From a virus (taxonomy: Duplodnaviria; Caudoviricetes), in the IMG/VR virus record IMGVR_UViG_3300030095_000697, positions 1-30,845 of that record: a DNA stretch of 30,845 nt; one strand, written 5' to 3'. A program made the position numbers and the translations under genes. Every line of letters starts with the position of its first letter. The stretch's first letter is position 1. This document shows, piece after piece, positions 7,380 through 16,426 of this stretch. The notes under the pieces are model-generated. The model saw only the letters and a program-made list of their open reading frames with translations, made no database searches and was not told where the DNA came from.

Positions 7380-7670
7380 TCAACCGCCATTACCACCACC
7401 ATTGCCACCGCCATTACCGCTAGACCCGTTACCACCATTACCATTACCATTCCCACCATGTCCATTCCCATTAGCATGTCCGTTACCGTTTCCGTTTTCC
7501 CCATTACCATTTCCATTCTCCTTTTTGTCATGTTCTAGATAACCTCTACGTCCTACGTGATAACCTAGAGGAATTTTTTTGCATTTTTTATCTTGGAAGC
7601 ACCAATATTTCCCAGAGGGACAGGTCTTTGCCTCAGTTGCTTCACCCATAAATTTAGAAAAGTTTTTCAT
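7380..7670 (-). CDS. Small protein with capsid-targeting-like N-terminus, 3-Cys motif and Gly/Asn-rich tail
   Basis: MKNFSKFMGEA...CPSGKYWCFQDKKCKKIP...(NG/GGN)n; ATGA overlap with the upstream ORF. Confidence 0.8.
   Translation of the reverse strand: MKNFSKFMGEATEAKTCPSGKYWCFQDKKCKKIPLGYHVGRRGYLEHDKKENGNGNGENGNGNGHANGNGHGGNGNGNGGNGSSGNGGGNGGGNGG
7383..7517 (-). repeat. Low-complexity coding repeat (GGN/AAY codons; NG and GGN units)
   Basis: accatt/accgcc/ccgtt units on + strand encode about 45 aa of almost pure Gly/Asn. Confidence 0.85.
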
Positions 7671-7837
7671 AGTCCTATAATGGTTAAAGGATCAGAAGTA
7701 ACTGTTGCTATTCCTGTACTGGTAAGTTTTACCCTGTTACTATCAAAGTTTAATTCTTTCATATTACCAAGGCTGATTCCATCACTAGCAATACCCACTT
7801 GCCCAGAACCATTAATTTGACTGAGAAGTCTAGGCAT
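7667..7837 (-). CDS. Hypothetical 56-aa protein, fibre-like motifs
   Basis: MPRLLSQINGSGQVGIASDGISLGNMKELNFDSNRVKLTSTGIATVTSDPLTIIGL; start placed at 7837 (8-nt overlap with the upstream gene) instead of 7861. Confidence 0.7.
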   Translation of the reverse strand: MPRLLSQINGSGQVGIASDGISLGNMKELNFDSNRVKLTSTGIATVTSDPLTIIGL

Positions 7838-8162
7838 TTGCTGTCTCCAATACAGAAACAATAACTTTTAAAGTACCATTGTCACCTGCTTGACCCACAA
7901 TATAATCACTAGTTTCTAACACTAATTTTCCATCTAAGGGAATATAAGCATCAGCAACAGGAACAGTTGCCCCTTTAATTATTTCTGTGGTAGTAGAAGT
8001 TCTTACATGAGACATAGTAATAGTTGTGGCTGCTGAACCATAATTGGTTACATGAGCATACAAAACTATTCCTGTATAACCCGTAGGAGCAGTATATACT
8101 GTTTGACTACTTGTAGTAAGTTCTTTTGTAAATGTTTTAAATCTGTTAAGTGCGAGTGCCAT
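7830..8162 (-). CDS. Small beta-rich structural protein, probable fibre partner
   Basis: VYTAPTGYTGIVL.AHVTN...GKLVLETSD......LKVIVSVLE; this type of ORF typically follows cyanophage fibre genes; only 1 nt from the upstream stop. Confidence 0.7.
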   Translation of the reverse strand: MALALNRFKTFTKELTTSSQTVYTAPTGYTGIVLYAHVTNYGSAATTITMSHVRTSTTTEIIKGATVPVADAYIPLDGKLVLETSDYIVGQAGDNGTLKVIVSVLETANA

Positions 8163-8163
8163 A

Positions 8164-11100
8164 TTAACTTAATGCTAGGATAAATGGTGTCATTTCTGAG
8201 AACAAACTCTTACTAAAAGATCGTCCACTAATTGTACCAGTTTCTTGGTCGATTTGCAAATCATCACCAATTCTAAAGTTACCTGCTTGGTCTGTACTGG
8301 TATAAAGAACCTTACCACCATCTAAAGTAACTACTTCATTTGCTTGATTTGTTACACCACCTCGTTTTGGAGTAGCAGTAACAATTTGATTACCAGCACC
8401 AACATATTCAAATGTGTGAGAACTAGCAACAATTCTACTACCTTGTGCAAAATATGCAGTAGCACCAGTTCCTACTTCATTAAGTAAGTTGGTAGCAAGA
8501 ATTAAAGTAGTAACTCCACCCGTAACTGGAGTTGAACTATTTATTGTATAGTATAATGGTTGTGTTGTTGCAGTAGCAGTTGCAGTATTACTTCCAGACT
8601 GCGGAGCAGAAATTGTTACATTAGGAGTTCCTACATACTGATTACCACTACTAATAATAGTAATACTTGAAACACTCCCTCCCTCAAGAGTTGCAAAAGC
8701 AGTACATGTTTCACCACTAGGACCAGTAGGTGCATCAACTGTTACACTAGGAGTGGAACTATATCCAGTACCACCAGAACCAACTGCGATAGTAGTTACT
8801 TCCTTATAAAGTTGGTCAAAGTAAACTAATTGTCCATCATAAGGTCTATCTACATCAATCTTTGCTGTTCCTCCAGATACCCAAGTATGAGCAACTGTTG
8901 AAATACCTAGATTAACTTGGAAAGATGAAGCACTAGGAATTGCATCTACATCAAAGATATATGGTCTCTTATTTGGATATGTCTTTTCTCCATAAGGGCA
9001 ATTAAATATAATATCAGAAAGAGTAACTCCCATTCCTACTTGGAATCCATGTGGTCCTGCAGTAGCAATAGTAGCAATACCTGATGGATGATGATATTGA
9101 ACATCTGCGATATTGAGAGTAGGAGTACTTACGTTTACATTGACATTTGCTTGAGATATAGCAGCAATTGTAGTTGCTGAACCAGTATATTGTAAATCAC
9201 TTACTCCTCTAGAAACTAAACCAAAAGTACCAAAACTACAATTACTATTTGCAATATCTGCTTGACCACCTTTATCAGTAGTAACTGCTTCATTAGTACA
9301 GATAGTAAACAATGAGACTAATTGAGCAAATCCACCATTAGTAACAGCAACACCAACACCACCTTGATTGTATTGAGTGAATGAATCAACATTCATTGCT
9401 TTAAGAAGTCTTGCCTGGTCTCCATCAATATAAAGTCCAGTTCCTGTTGTCGTATCACTTGTACAGTTTTGAATGTATGGTCCTTTCCACTTTCCACCAC
9501 CTACATTTTCTGCTATCTCCGTGGTTGGGAAAGAGACCGCAGCAGCAGGGTGTAAATGCTCCTTGAAGGTCATGTTTGCTAACTTAACACCCTTTCTTAC
9601 ATGGAATAGATTTGAAGTCTTCTGAGAACCACTGACATTAACTGATCTTTGGTCATCTCCAACTACAGCAACAAAAGCAGGAACTTCGATAGGATTATTT
9701 TCTTCATAACTTCCAGATAAAACTTTTACTGTAGTTCCTGATTGTGCAACACCTACGGCACTTGCAATAGTTAGTTTTGCATTATCAATTGAAGTTCCGT
9801 TATTTGAATCATTACCATCTTTTGCAACATAAAGTACATTTGGTGCAGAGTTAATACCAGTTGCACCAGCATTAATAGTTACATTATCACCAATAGTAAT
9901 TTCAGAATTGGTAATGGTAATATCTTCATCACCAACAGTAATCTTATTATTAGTACCATCTATCTCAATAGAAGAAGTACCAACTGTCAAAATACCAGTT
10001 ATCCTAGCATCTCCCTCTACCAATAATGCAGTTGTAGCAGTTCCTGTTTGTACTTTTAATCCACTTCTAAAGGTACTGAAACCATAAGCATCTAAGTTAG
10101 TTACATCTTCATAGGTGATAGTTCCACCAACAGTAATATTACCATCAAAGTATGCTACATCATCATTTGTATTTCCAGCACCAACATATAAGTTATATTC
10201 AGCTCTAGCAGTAGTACCAATACCTATATTTCTACCAGTATAAACACCAACTGAATCTGAACCCCAAGTACCAGCACCACCGACATTACCTGCCTTTGCT
10301 ACCCATTTACCATTATGTGGAGCATCTGTACTAAACTGTAAGATATAGTTTTCTTCAGCACCACCAGTAGGAATCCAAACATCATCTAATTGGTCAATTC
10401 TAACAGCACCGCCACCACCAAAGGTTGCAAGTTGTTGCTGAACTCTATTGATGAATAGACGATAATGCTCTGCTAATTTATCAAAGGTTACATACTTTTG
10501 GTCTAAGGGTGTGAGAGGATCTTGATTATCTACATCAGGTGGGATATTTAAAAGACCTTCTGTAAGAACCTGCTTCTCATCAAATTTTTCAAGTACTTCC
10601 TCTAAATGCCTTACTTTTCCAGTGAGTTCTTTACTCTTCTCTTCAATCTTATCTACTTGAAGTTTATCTAATACTTCTTCAAATTCTCTTCTTATACCTT
10701 CAATATGCTTTTCATTAACAACAAAATCAATCTTTATTCCTTTTAATTTATCATCTAAATCTTTTTGGAATTCACCTACATTTGATTTTAAATCATCATA
10801 ATACTTAGTAGTACTAGTGTCTAAATTCTCCTGCAACTCACAAATATTACCTTCTAAATTTTCTTCTAACTTTCCAATCTTTTCAGAGAAAGCATCCAAA
10901 GTACTAGAATACTCTTGAAGTTTTCTATCTTCATTTATCTCTCTATTCTTAAAATCTCTCTTGAAGATATCAGATAGTTGCTTTGATTCTTCTACCAGAT
11001 TCTCAATCTTTACAATCTTTTCTGCTAGAATATTATTGACAGAAGTATCCTTATCCTTGACCTGTTCATTAATTGAAGTAAGACCAATATCAACTACTGT

Positions 11101-12003
11101 TATCTTTTCATCTAGGGTAACAATATCATTTGCTAATGCTTTAAATAACTTGTTTATTCCTTTCTCAGTATTTGCTCTAGATTCTTCTATACCCTTGATA
11201 TTCTTTTCTACTATTCTAATATCTTTCTTATAATCTTTCTTAGTAGACTTTAACTTATTATCTACTAATTCCTCACTCTCACTAATCCTATCCTCTACCT
11301 TTAACTCTGATTCAGCAAAAAACTTTTGATATTGGGGAAGTTCTTCCTCTAATAATGCTCTTACCTTTTCACCAATTCCTTTAACATCTTCCTTAATTGA
11401 AGTAAGACTTTTCTCATTTACACCTTCAATACCTTCAGTTATTGTAGCAATTTCTTTATAGATATCTTTGCCAAGAGTTTCAAAAGATTCTTTTACATTA
11501 TCTTTAAAAGTACCAAATCTATTATCAACTCTTGTTTCAGTATCAACAATTAACTTTTTATATGCAGGTACTTCTTCACCTAAGAATTTACCTACACTCT
11601 CAGATAAAGAATCAAAACCCTGATTAATTTCTAATAGAGTATTAGAATTAACTGTTTTTACCTTATCCTGAACATTTCTTATCGACTCTTCTACAAACAA
11701 TAGATGAGCCATCATAGCATCATCTAAATCCTTCTTATCAATTAAGTCAGTAATACTTTCTCGTATTTCTTCTACTGATGATGATAAAGTCTCTACCTTT
11801 TCAACATTAGACTTAAATGTACCAAAGGTTTCTGTAAAATCTTTGAGTGCTTGTAAATTATTTAAATTACCTTTAAACGAATCAAAAGCTTCAGAAATTC
11901 GCTCAACCTTTTCAGGCTTAGCATTTTTCAACTCCTCCTTTACATTATCAAAAGAAGAATTGGGTTTCTTATCGTAAAATTCTGATGGCTTTTTAAGTGG
12001 CAC
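8164..12003 (-). CDS. Large fibre/spike-like protein: N-terminal coiled coil, fibre shaft, C-terminal pectin-lyase-like beta-helix
   Basis: GTG start 28 nt after a late promoter; aa 1-480 E/K/D/L-rich helical; GGGG..RIDQLDDV linker; NIGIGTT shaft motifs; NVLYVAKDGNDSNNGTSIDNAKLTIASA beta-helix cap at about aa 722. Confidence 0.72.
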   Translation of the reverse strand: MPLKKPSEFYDKKPNSSFDNVKEELKNAKPEKVERISEAFDSFKGNLNNLQALKDFTETFGTFKSNVEKVETLSSSVEEIRESITDLIDKKDLDDAMMAHLLFVEESIRNVQDKVKTVNSNTLLEINQGFDSLSESVGKFLGEEVPAYKKLIVDTETRVDNRFGTFKDNVKESFETLGKDIYKEIATITEGIEGVNEKSLTSIKEDVKGIGEKVRALLEEELPQYQKFFAESELKVEDRISESEELVDNKLKSTKKDYKKDIRIVEKNIKGIEESRANTEKGINKLFKALANDIVTLDEKITVVDIGLTSINEQVKDKDTSVNNILAEKIVKIENLVEESKQLSDIFKRDFKNREINEDRKLQEYSSTLDAFSEKIGKLEENLEGNICELQENLDTSTTKYYDDLKSNVGEFQKDLDDKLKGIKIDFVVNEKHIEGIRREFEEVLDKLQVDKIEEKSKELTGKVRHLEEVLEKFDEKQVLTEGLLNIPPDVDNQDPLTPLDQKYVTFDKLAEHYRLFINRVQQQLATFGGGGAVRIDQLDDVWIPTGGAEENYILQFSTDAPHNGKWVAKAGNVGGAGTWGSDSVGVYTGRNIGIGTTARAEYNLYVGAGNTNDDVAYFDGNITVGGTITYEDVTNLDAYGFSTFRSGLKVQTGTATTALLVEGDARITGILTVGTSSIEIDGTNNKITVGDEDITITNSEITIGDNVTINAGATGINSAPNVLYVAKDGNDSNNGTSIDNAKLTIASAVGVAQSGTTVKVLSGSYEENNPIEVPAFVAVVGDDQRSVNVSGSQKTSNLFHVRKGVKLANMTFKEHLHPAAAVSFPTTEIAENVGGGKWKGPYIQNCTSDTTTGTGLYIDGDQARLLKAMNVDSFTQYNQGGVGVAVTNGGFAQLVSLFTICTNEAVTTDKGGQADIANSNCSFGTFGLVSRGVSDLQYTGSATTIAAISQANVNVNVSTPTLNIADVQYHHPSGIATIATAGPHGFQVGMGVTLSDIIFNCPYGEKTYPNKRPYIFDVDAIPSASSFQVNLGISTVAHTWVSGGTAKIDVDRPYDGQLVYFDQLYKEVTTIAVGSGGTGYSSTPSVTVDAPTGPSGETCTAFATLEGGSVSSITIISSGNQYVGTPNVTISAPQSGSNTATATATTQPLYYTINSSTPVTGGVTTLILATNLLNEVGTGATAYFAQGSRIVASSHTFEYVGAGNQIVTATPKRGGVTNQANEVVTLDGGKVLYTSTDQAGNFRIGDDLQIDQETGTISGRSFSKSLFSEMTPFILALS

Positions 12004-12030
12004 GACGTATTTCTACTCCATCTACAAGTA

Positions 12031-12037
12031 TATTTAT
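12031..12037 (-). promoter_or_regulatory. T4-like late promoter (ATAAATA) overlapping the g16 stop
   Basis: GAA TAA ATA; 28 nt upstream of the GTG at 12003. Confidence 0.7.
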
Positions 12038-12468
12038 TCAGACTTATTTGGTGGTATCTGACCTTTGATTAATTTGGCAAGGTCTGCTGTGGAACCAACA
12101 AAAAGTGCATTATTAACGGTTGACGGTCCTTTTGATACTTTCTCTTCATTAACATCCTTCAGTTTTTTCTGAAGGTCTATTAATTTATCAGTAGCATCAG
12201 AGACACTCTTTATGAGTTGACCAGCAACTTCATATGCTCTAGGCATTTCACTTTCTTGAGCAATTTCAAGAATACCGTCAATTGCTTCTTGACCTTTCTC
12301 TATTATACTATAAAGATTGCCTCTTGTATACTCATAATCTCTTGTTATATCATCTTTAGTAAGTCTATCGGGTTTTTCTGGTTTAACAACCTCAGTCTTC
12401 TCTTCCACTACTTCTGTTTCAGGAGTAACGTTAAAAGTCTTATCTAATCGGTCAAAATTTTCAGTCAT
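12034..12468 (-). CDS. g16: Terminase small subunit gp16
   Basis: DYEYTRGNLYSIIEKGQEAI..ILE.AQES..PRAYEVAGQLIK and NNALFVGSTADL motifs; follows g15. Confidence 0.95.
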   Translation of the reverse strand: MTENFDRLDKTFNVTPETEVVEEKTEVVKPEKPDRLTKDDITRDYEYTRGNLYSIIEKGQEAIDGILEIAQESEMPRAYEVAGQLIKSVSDATDKLIDLQKKLKDVNEEKVSKGPSTVNNALFVGSTADLAKLIKGQIPPNKSE

Positions 12469-12470
12469 GA

Positions 12471-13475
12471 TTAGAAGGTATTGCCATCAAAACCGAAGTT
12501 ATCTCCGTCTTCAATGAATGGAGTATCTGCTGCGGTAATCTTCTTAACTTCTTCACCTTTTAAGTGAGAAGCAACTGTAGTTCCATCCTTACCTCTAGTA
12601 ACTGTTACATCATTACCTGAAATAGATCTTACTAACATTTCCTCACTACCAATTACAATATAGTCAGTGGCAGCAATGGTTCCTATATTATCAAGAGCAA
12701 ATACTGTGGTAGTTAAATCAAGATCATTCGTCAATAATGTAGTCTCTGCACTTGGATTATAACTCTTAACTGCACGAGGTACAACAGAGTAATTAACATT
12801 TCTAGTAGTATTGGTAGTATCTGTACCTGTAAGATATCCCAAAGTAGCCTTTCTGATAATATCCTTGGTAGCAGACTGAACAGGACCAAATAGGTATGTC
12901 TTAGCAGTAAATCTTAGAGTATAAAGAAGAACTCGTCTCTGAGTAAAGTCCCCTTCATAATCATCAGACATTGTAATATTTTCTAAAATAACTGGTATAT
13001 CTCTTTTCTCTTTAATACTTTCTACCAACTCTACAGTTACATTATATGCTGGTTGGAAATATGGTAATATTTGTTCTACAATTTGCAATGCATCATCATT
13101 TAATTTACACATAATAGCAAGTTCAAATTGCATATTATATGGAACTGGCATAAATGCCTTTTTAGTTTCACTTCCATCAGCAGGGTCTGCTACAGTAAAT
13201 TGCTGAGTAGTAGTTACCTTTCTTGTAGGATCATAAGTAAGACCAGTAAACTCAAAAGACATTCTAGGCAAAGTAATTGCAACACCTTTATTCAAATCAG
13301 GTTGCTGCTCTAATCTTGCTAAGAATTTTTGAGTTGGACCATATGCAAGTGGAACTCTTATATTACTAACAGTCTGGTCACTTTCATTTTTTTGTTCAAC
13401 AGAAATTCCATTAAAAAGAGTACCAAAAGAAATAATGGTACGCCTCAAAATTTCGTTATAAAAATATTCAAACAT
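12471..13475 (-). CDS. g15: Tail sheath stabiliser / tail terminator gp15 with an extra C-terminal domain
   Basis: YFYNEILRRTIISFGTLFN, VPLAYGP.QKFLARL, LPRMSFE, PVPYN and QIVEQILPYFQP motifs. Confidence 0.95.
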   Translation of the reverse strand: MFEYFYNEILRRTIISFGTLFNGISVEQKNESDQTVSNIRVPLAYGPTQKFLARLEQQPDLNKGVAITLPRMSFEFTGLTYDPTRKVTTTQQFTVADPADGSETKKAFMPVPYNMQFELAIMCKLNDDALQIVEQILPYFQPAYNVTVELVESIKEKRDIPVILENITMSDDYEGDFTQRRVLLYTLRFTAKTYLFGPVQSATKDIIRKATLGYLTGTDTTNTTRNVNYSVVPRAVKSYNPSAETTLLTNDLDLTTTVFALDNIGTIAATDYIVIGSEEMLVRSISGNDVTVTRGKDGTTVASHLKGEEVKKITAADTPFIEDGDNFGFDGNTF

Positions 13476-13496
13476 CGTTATAATCCTATTGTATTA

Positions 13497-13503
13497 TATT
13501 TAG
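13497..13503 (-). promoter_or_regulatory. T4-like late promoter (CTAAATA) overlapping the g14 stop
   Basis: CCC TAA ATA; 22 nt upstream of the g15 ATG. Confidence 0.68.
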
Positions 13504-14948
13504 GGAATCCCGAACGGGTTCTGTTCACTAAAGTCTAAAATCTTATCTGCTTCTGTTTCTATATTAAAGTTATCGGCAAATCCATCATCTGTTGGGTCAA
13601 CATCTATAACTCTTAACTTACGGGATGCACCTGTAGATTGACCTACGATTTGTTCTCCTAGTTTAAATGAACCAGTAATAGAAGCAACCTCTAAAACATT
13701 AGTTACGGCATTCCATGTTCTTACTCTACCTTCTGTATTGCTGACAGAACCTTTCACAATCTCATTAAACTTAAATGTTCCTGATGAACCTACATCTGGT
13801 GCAGACAATGTAACTCCTCCAATAGAACTGTAACCCATACCAGCATTACTTAATCCAATTTCTGTTACATTACCTGCAGCATTAATAAACGCAGTACCAG
13901 CAGCAGAAACTGTTGTAACACCTGTCTTAAATACTACATTATCAAAAGTTACACTTGGAGCATAAACATAACCACCACCAGCACTCGTAACCGTAACAAC
14001 ACCAACAGTATTATCTCCAAGAACTGTTGTTGCAGCAAATCCACTTCCACCACCACCTGTTGCAGCAATACCTGGAGCAGTAGTATATCTTAAACCTGGA
14101 TTAGTTAAATAAACATCTTGTATTGACCTATTCCTAGCATTAACATTCAAATTACATACATTGATACCACCAATCAATCCAGCAGTAGCAATACCTGTTA
14201 CACCGCCTGTAGGAGCAGAAGAGAATCCGATATAGATGGGAGCATTAAATCCACCACCTCTATTAGAAATAACCACTCTACTAATAGCACCCTCTGTAGC
14301 AATACCAACTGTTGCAGTTGCTTGTAGAGCATCTCCTACAAGAGTAAGAGTTTGAGTTGGACCAATGATGATTGGAGTACCATCTTCAGTCTCACCAGTT
14401 GCACTGTCTCCTGTTAATTCATCATCAATCTCAGCAATACCAGTATCGATAACTTCATCTTCGTAACGGAAGAGTTCACATCTAAGTTCGTAAATATATG
14501 TTTTTTGTAACTGGTAGAATGGTTTTTCGTGCTCTACATACTTGATTTCAAATAATCTATCACCAAGAGGGAAATATATTAAATCACCTTCTTTAGGTCT
14601 AGTTGTTAACTTAACATCAGGTTCATTCTTCATCAAAGGTTCAATATACTGTTCCCATCTATCCTTTGATATAGTTAATGTTATCTCATTAGTTTGTTCT
14701 ATACCAAACTTAGATAGAATACTAGGATTCTCCCCATATCCATCATAAGTGTCAACATATGCTTCTAATGGATAGGCATCATCAAATTTAGATTGTACTA
14801 CTTCTCTTATAATACTATTAGTTGCCAAATACTTTCTAGGCATATAATGCACTTCGACACCATACATCCTCAACTGTTCGTTGATTAAATCCTGAACTAA
14901 ACCTTGTTCAGAACGAGCACCTTGTTGAAAAAATGGATTAAGTGCCAT
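13500..14948 (-). CDS. g14: Neck protein gp14 with a repeat-rich insertion
   Basis: EQGLVQDLINEQLRMYG, LSKFG, RPKEGDLIYFPL..RLFEIKYVEHEKPFYQL, LRCELFRY and the terminal ILDFSEQNPFG. Confidence 0.95.
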   Translation of the reverse strand: MALNPFFQQGARSEQGLVQDLINEQLRMYGVEVHYMPRKYLATNSIIREVVQSKFDDAYPLEAYVDTYDGYGENPSILSKFGIEQTNEITLTISKDRWEQYIEPLMKNEPDVKLTTRPKEGDLIYFPLGDRLFEIKYVEHEKPFYQLQKTYIYELRCELFRYEDEVIDTGIAEIDDELTGDSATGETEDGTPIIIGPTQTLTLVGDALQATATVGIATEGAISRVVISNRGGGFNAPIYIGFSSAPTGGVTGIATAGLIGGINVCNLNVNARNRSIQDVYLTNPGLRYTTAPGIAATGGGGSGFAATTVLGDNTVGVVTVTSAGGGYVYAPSVTFDNVVFKTGVTTVSAAGTAFINAAGNVTEIGLSNAGMGYSSIGGVTLSAPDVGSSGTFKFNEIVKGSVSNTEGRVRTWNAVTNVLEVASITGSFKLGEQIVGQSTGASRKLRVIDVDPTDDGFADNFNIETEADKILDFSEQNPFGIP

Positions 14949-15802
14949 TATCCTATCATATCAAGTGGTGGAAGTTCATAAGTATTGGACATCTGTTCTC
15001 TTATAATTTCAAGATCTAGATTGGCATCATCATAAATTTGCCGTCCATTTAACTCTATTCCACCTGGCAATTTAACTCCTTGGAATTTGAGTAAATTTTG
15101 ACCCCACTGTCTTTTTAATTTGGCAGTAAAGTATCTTTTTAAGAATGAATCATTCCATACTCTAGGAAAATCTGCAGGATTCAATGCCCTAAAGCATTCC
15201 ATGATAATAAAATCTCCTTCATTTACTGATTGCCAATCTACATCCATATACAATCTATCCATTCTCTGATTAAATCTTATCTGCTTTTCAGTCGTTAAAA
15301 GGAAATTAATGTCTTCTAAATATCTCCTTGTCATTGCATAAGTTAATATTTCAGTCGATCCCCAATAATAAATGTCATTTAGAAACAACTGATACTTAAC
15401 ACTGAACATGTTATTAGTAGCAGTGTTAGTTCCGTCATAATGAAATATCTTATATACTCCTATAACGTCGGGTGGTACTTGTAAATAATTACTATTTTCT
15501 GACCAGTCAAATTGGATTGCATTACCATTAATAGTTGTAGATGCAGTCGTGGTTGTTATACCTGATGCATTAGTTGTATTTTGACCAAGATTCGCAGTTC
15601 CTCTTTTAATATCTGCCTCAGTCAACTTATATTTTAAATATGTGCGTTCTACACCATCAAAATGCCTTTCTTGGAAGTACTGGATGGAATCATCTAAGAT
15701 ATCCTCTACTTGTTCATCAGCGACATTAATCTCCAGCACAGGAGCACCTAACTGCCTCTTAGCATAATTTATTAAGTCTGATCTACTTGCTGGTTGTGCC
15801 AT
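14948..15802 (-). CDS. g13: Neck protein gp13
   Basis: LINYAKRQLGAPVLEINV..EQ, YFQERHFDG, VWNDSFLKRY.TA..KRQWGQNL.KF.GV.LPGG..LNG motifs; TAATG coupling to g14. Confidence 0.96.
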   Translation of the reverse strand: MAQPASRSDLINYAKRQLGAPVLEINVADEQVEDILDDSIQYFQERHFDGVERTYLKYKLTEADIKRGTANLGQNTTNASGITTTTASTTINGNAIQFDWSENSNYLQVPPDVIGVYKIFHYDGTNTATNNMFSVKYQLFLNDIYYWGSTEILTYAMTRRYLEDINFLLTTEKQIRFNQRMDRLYMDVDWQSVNEGDFIIMECFRALNPADFPRVWNDSFLKRYFTAKLKRQWGQNLLKFQGVKLPGGIELNGRQIYDDANLDLEIIREQMSNTYELPPLDMIG

Positions 15803-15824
15803 TGAGAATAGTACCCCTTCAATA

Positions 15825-15831
15825 TATTTAT
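15825..15831 (-). promoter_or_regulatory. T4-like late promoter (ATAAATA) upstream of g13
   Basis: CCA TAA ATA overlaps the upstream stop; 23 nt upstream of the g13 ATG. Confidence 0.7.
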
Positions 15832-16217
15832 GGTGCTGATGATATGCCTGAATATACCAGTATATTACCGTTTACTATATTATAAACAGTACCTACTCCA
15901 GAACTTACTAAAACATTATACTCATATCTTCCTTCGGTTATAATACCAGTGAGTGCCTTTGGTAAATTTAATGTTATTGATTTTGTAATAGTATTGATAC
16001 CAGCGATAAAACTTGCTGTAGGGACAGTTGTTGCTCCTATACCAGCACTTTTTATCATTTGTGATGAAACACCCCAACCCGCAGTAAAACCGTATCCAGC
16101 ATTAGCAACATCAACTACATTAAATGTTGTATTGAAATCCGTACCACCATAGATGGTTAAATTAGAAGCAACTGGTACTCCTGCATCTGGATCAAATGTT
16201 ATTTTTCTAGTTGCCAT
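15828..16217 (-). CDS. Small virion beta-sandwich (adaptor/collar-like) protein
   Basis: NLTIYGGTDF...ITLNL...T..I.EGRYEYNVLV.......IVNGNILVY.G pattern of Ig-like phage adaptor domains (inference); lies in the structural operon. Confidence 0.62.
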   Translation of the reverse strand: MATRKITFDPDAGVPVASNLTIYGGTDFNTTFNVVDVANAGYGFTAGWGVSSQMIKSAGIGATTVPTASFIAGINTITKSITLNLPKALTGIITEGRYEYNVLVSSGVGTVYNIVNGNILVYSGISSAP

Positions 16218-16425
16218 TGACTAATTCCTTAAGTAGTGATTTGATTTCATTCATTTCATTTTTTAAATTATCAAGATCATTTTTCATACTATCAAGACTT
16301 TCATTATTTTTTTGTTTAGCATTACGACTAGAAATATATTTGGTATATTCCATATCATTCACATTAATAATAGAATTTGTTTCAGGATCTCTTGCAAGAT
16401 CCTTACTACCTTTTACATCATACAT
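16207..16425 (-). CDS. Hypothetical 72-aa coiled-coil protein
   Basis: L.RDPETNSIIN.N..EY..Y followed by a heptad-rich C-terminus; 1 nt after the upstream stop and overlaps the next start. Confidence 0.75.
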   Translation of the reverse strand: MYDVKGSKDLARDPETNSIINVNDMEYTKYISSRNAKQKNNESLDSMKNDLDNLKNEMNEIKSLLKELVNGN

Positions 16426-16426
16426 A

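Noticed and set aside
7383-7517. Repeat as CRISPR array or non-coding satellite
   Set aside because: In-frame Gly/Asn codon repeats with synonymous variation and no repeat-spacer structure.
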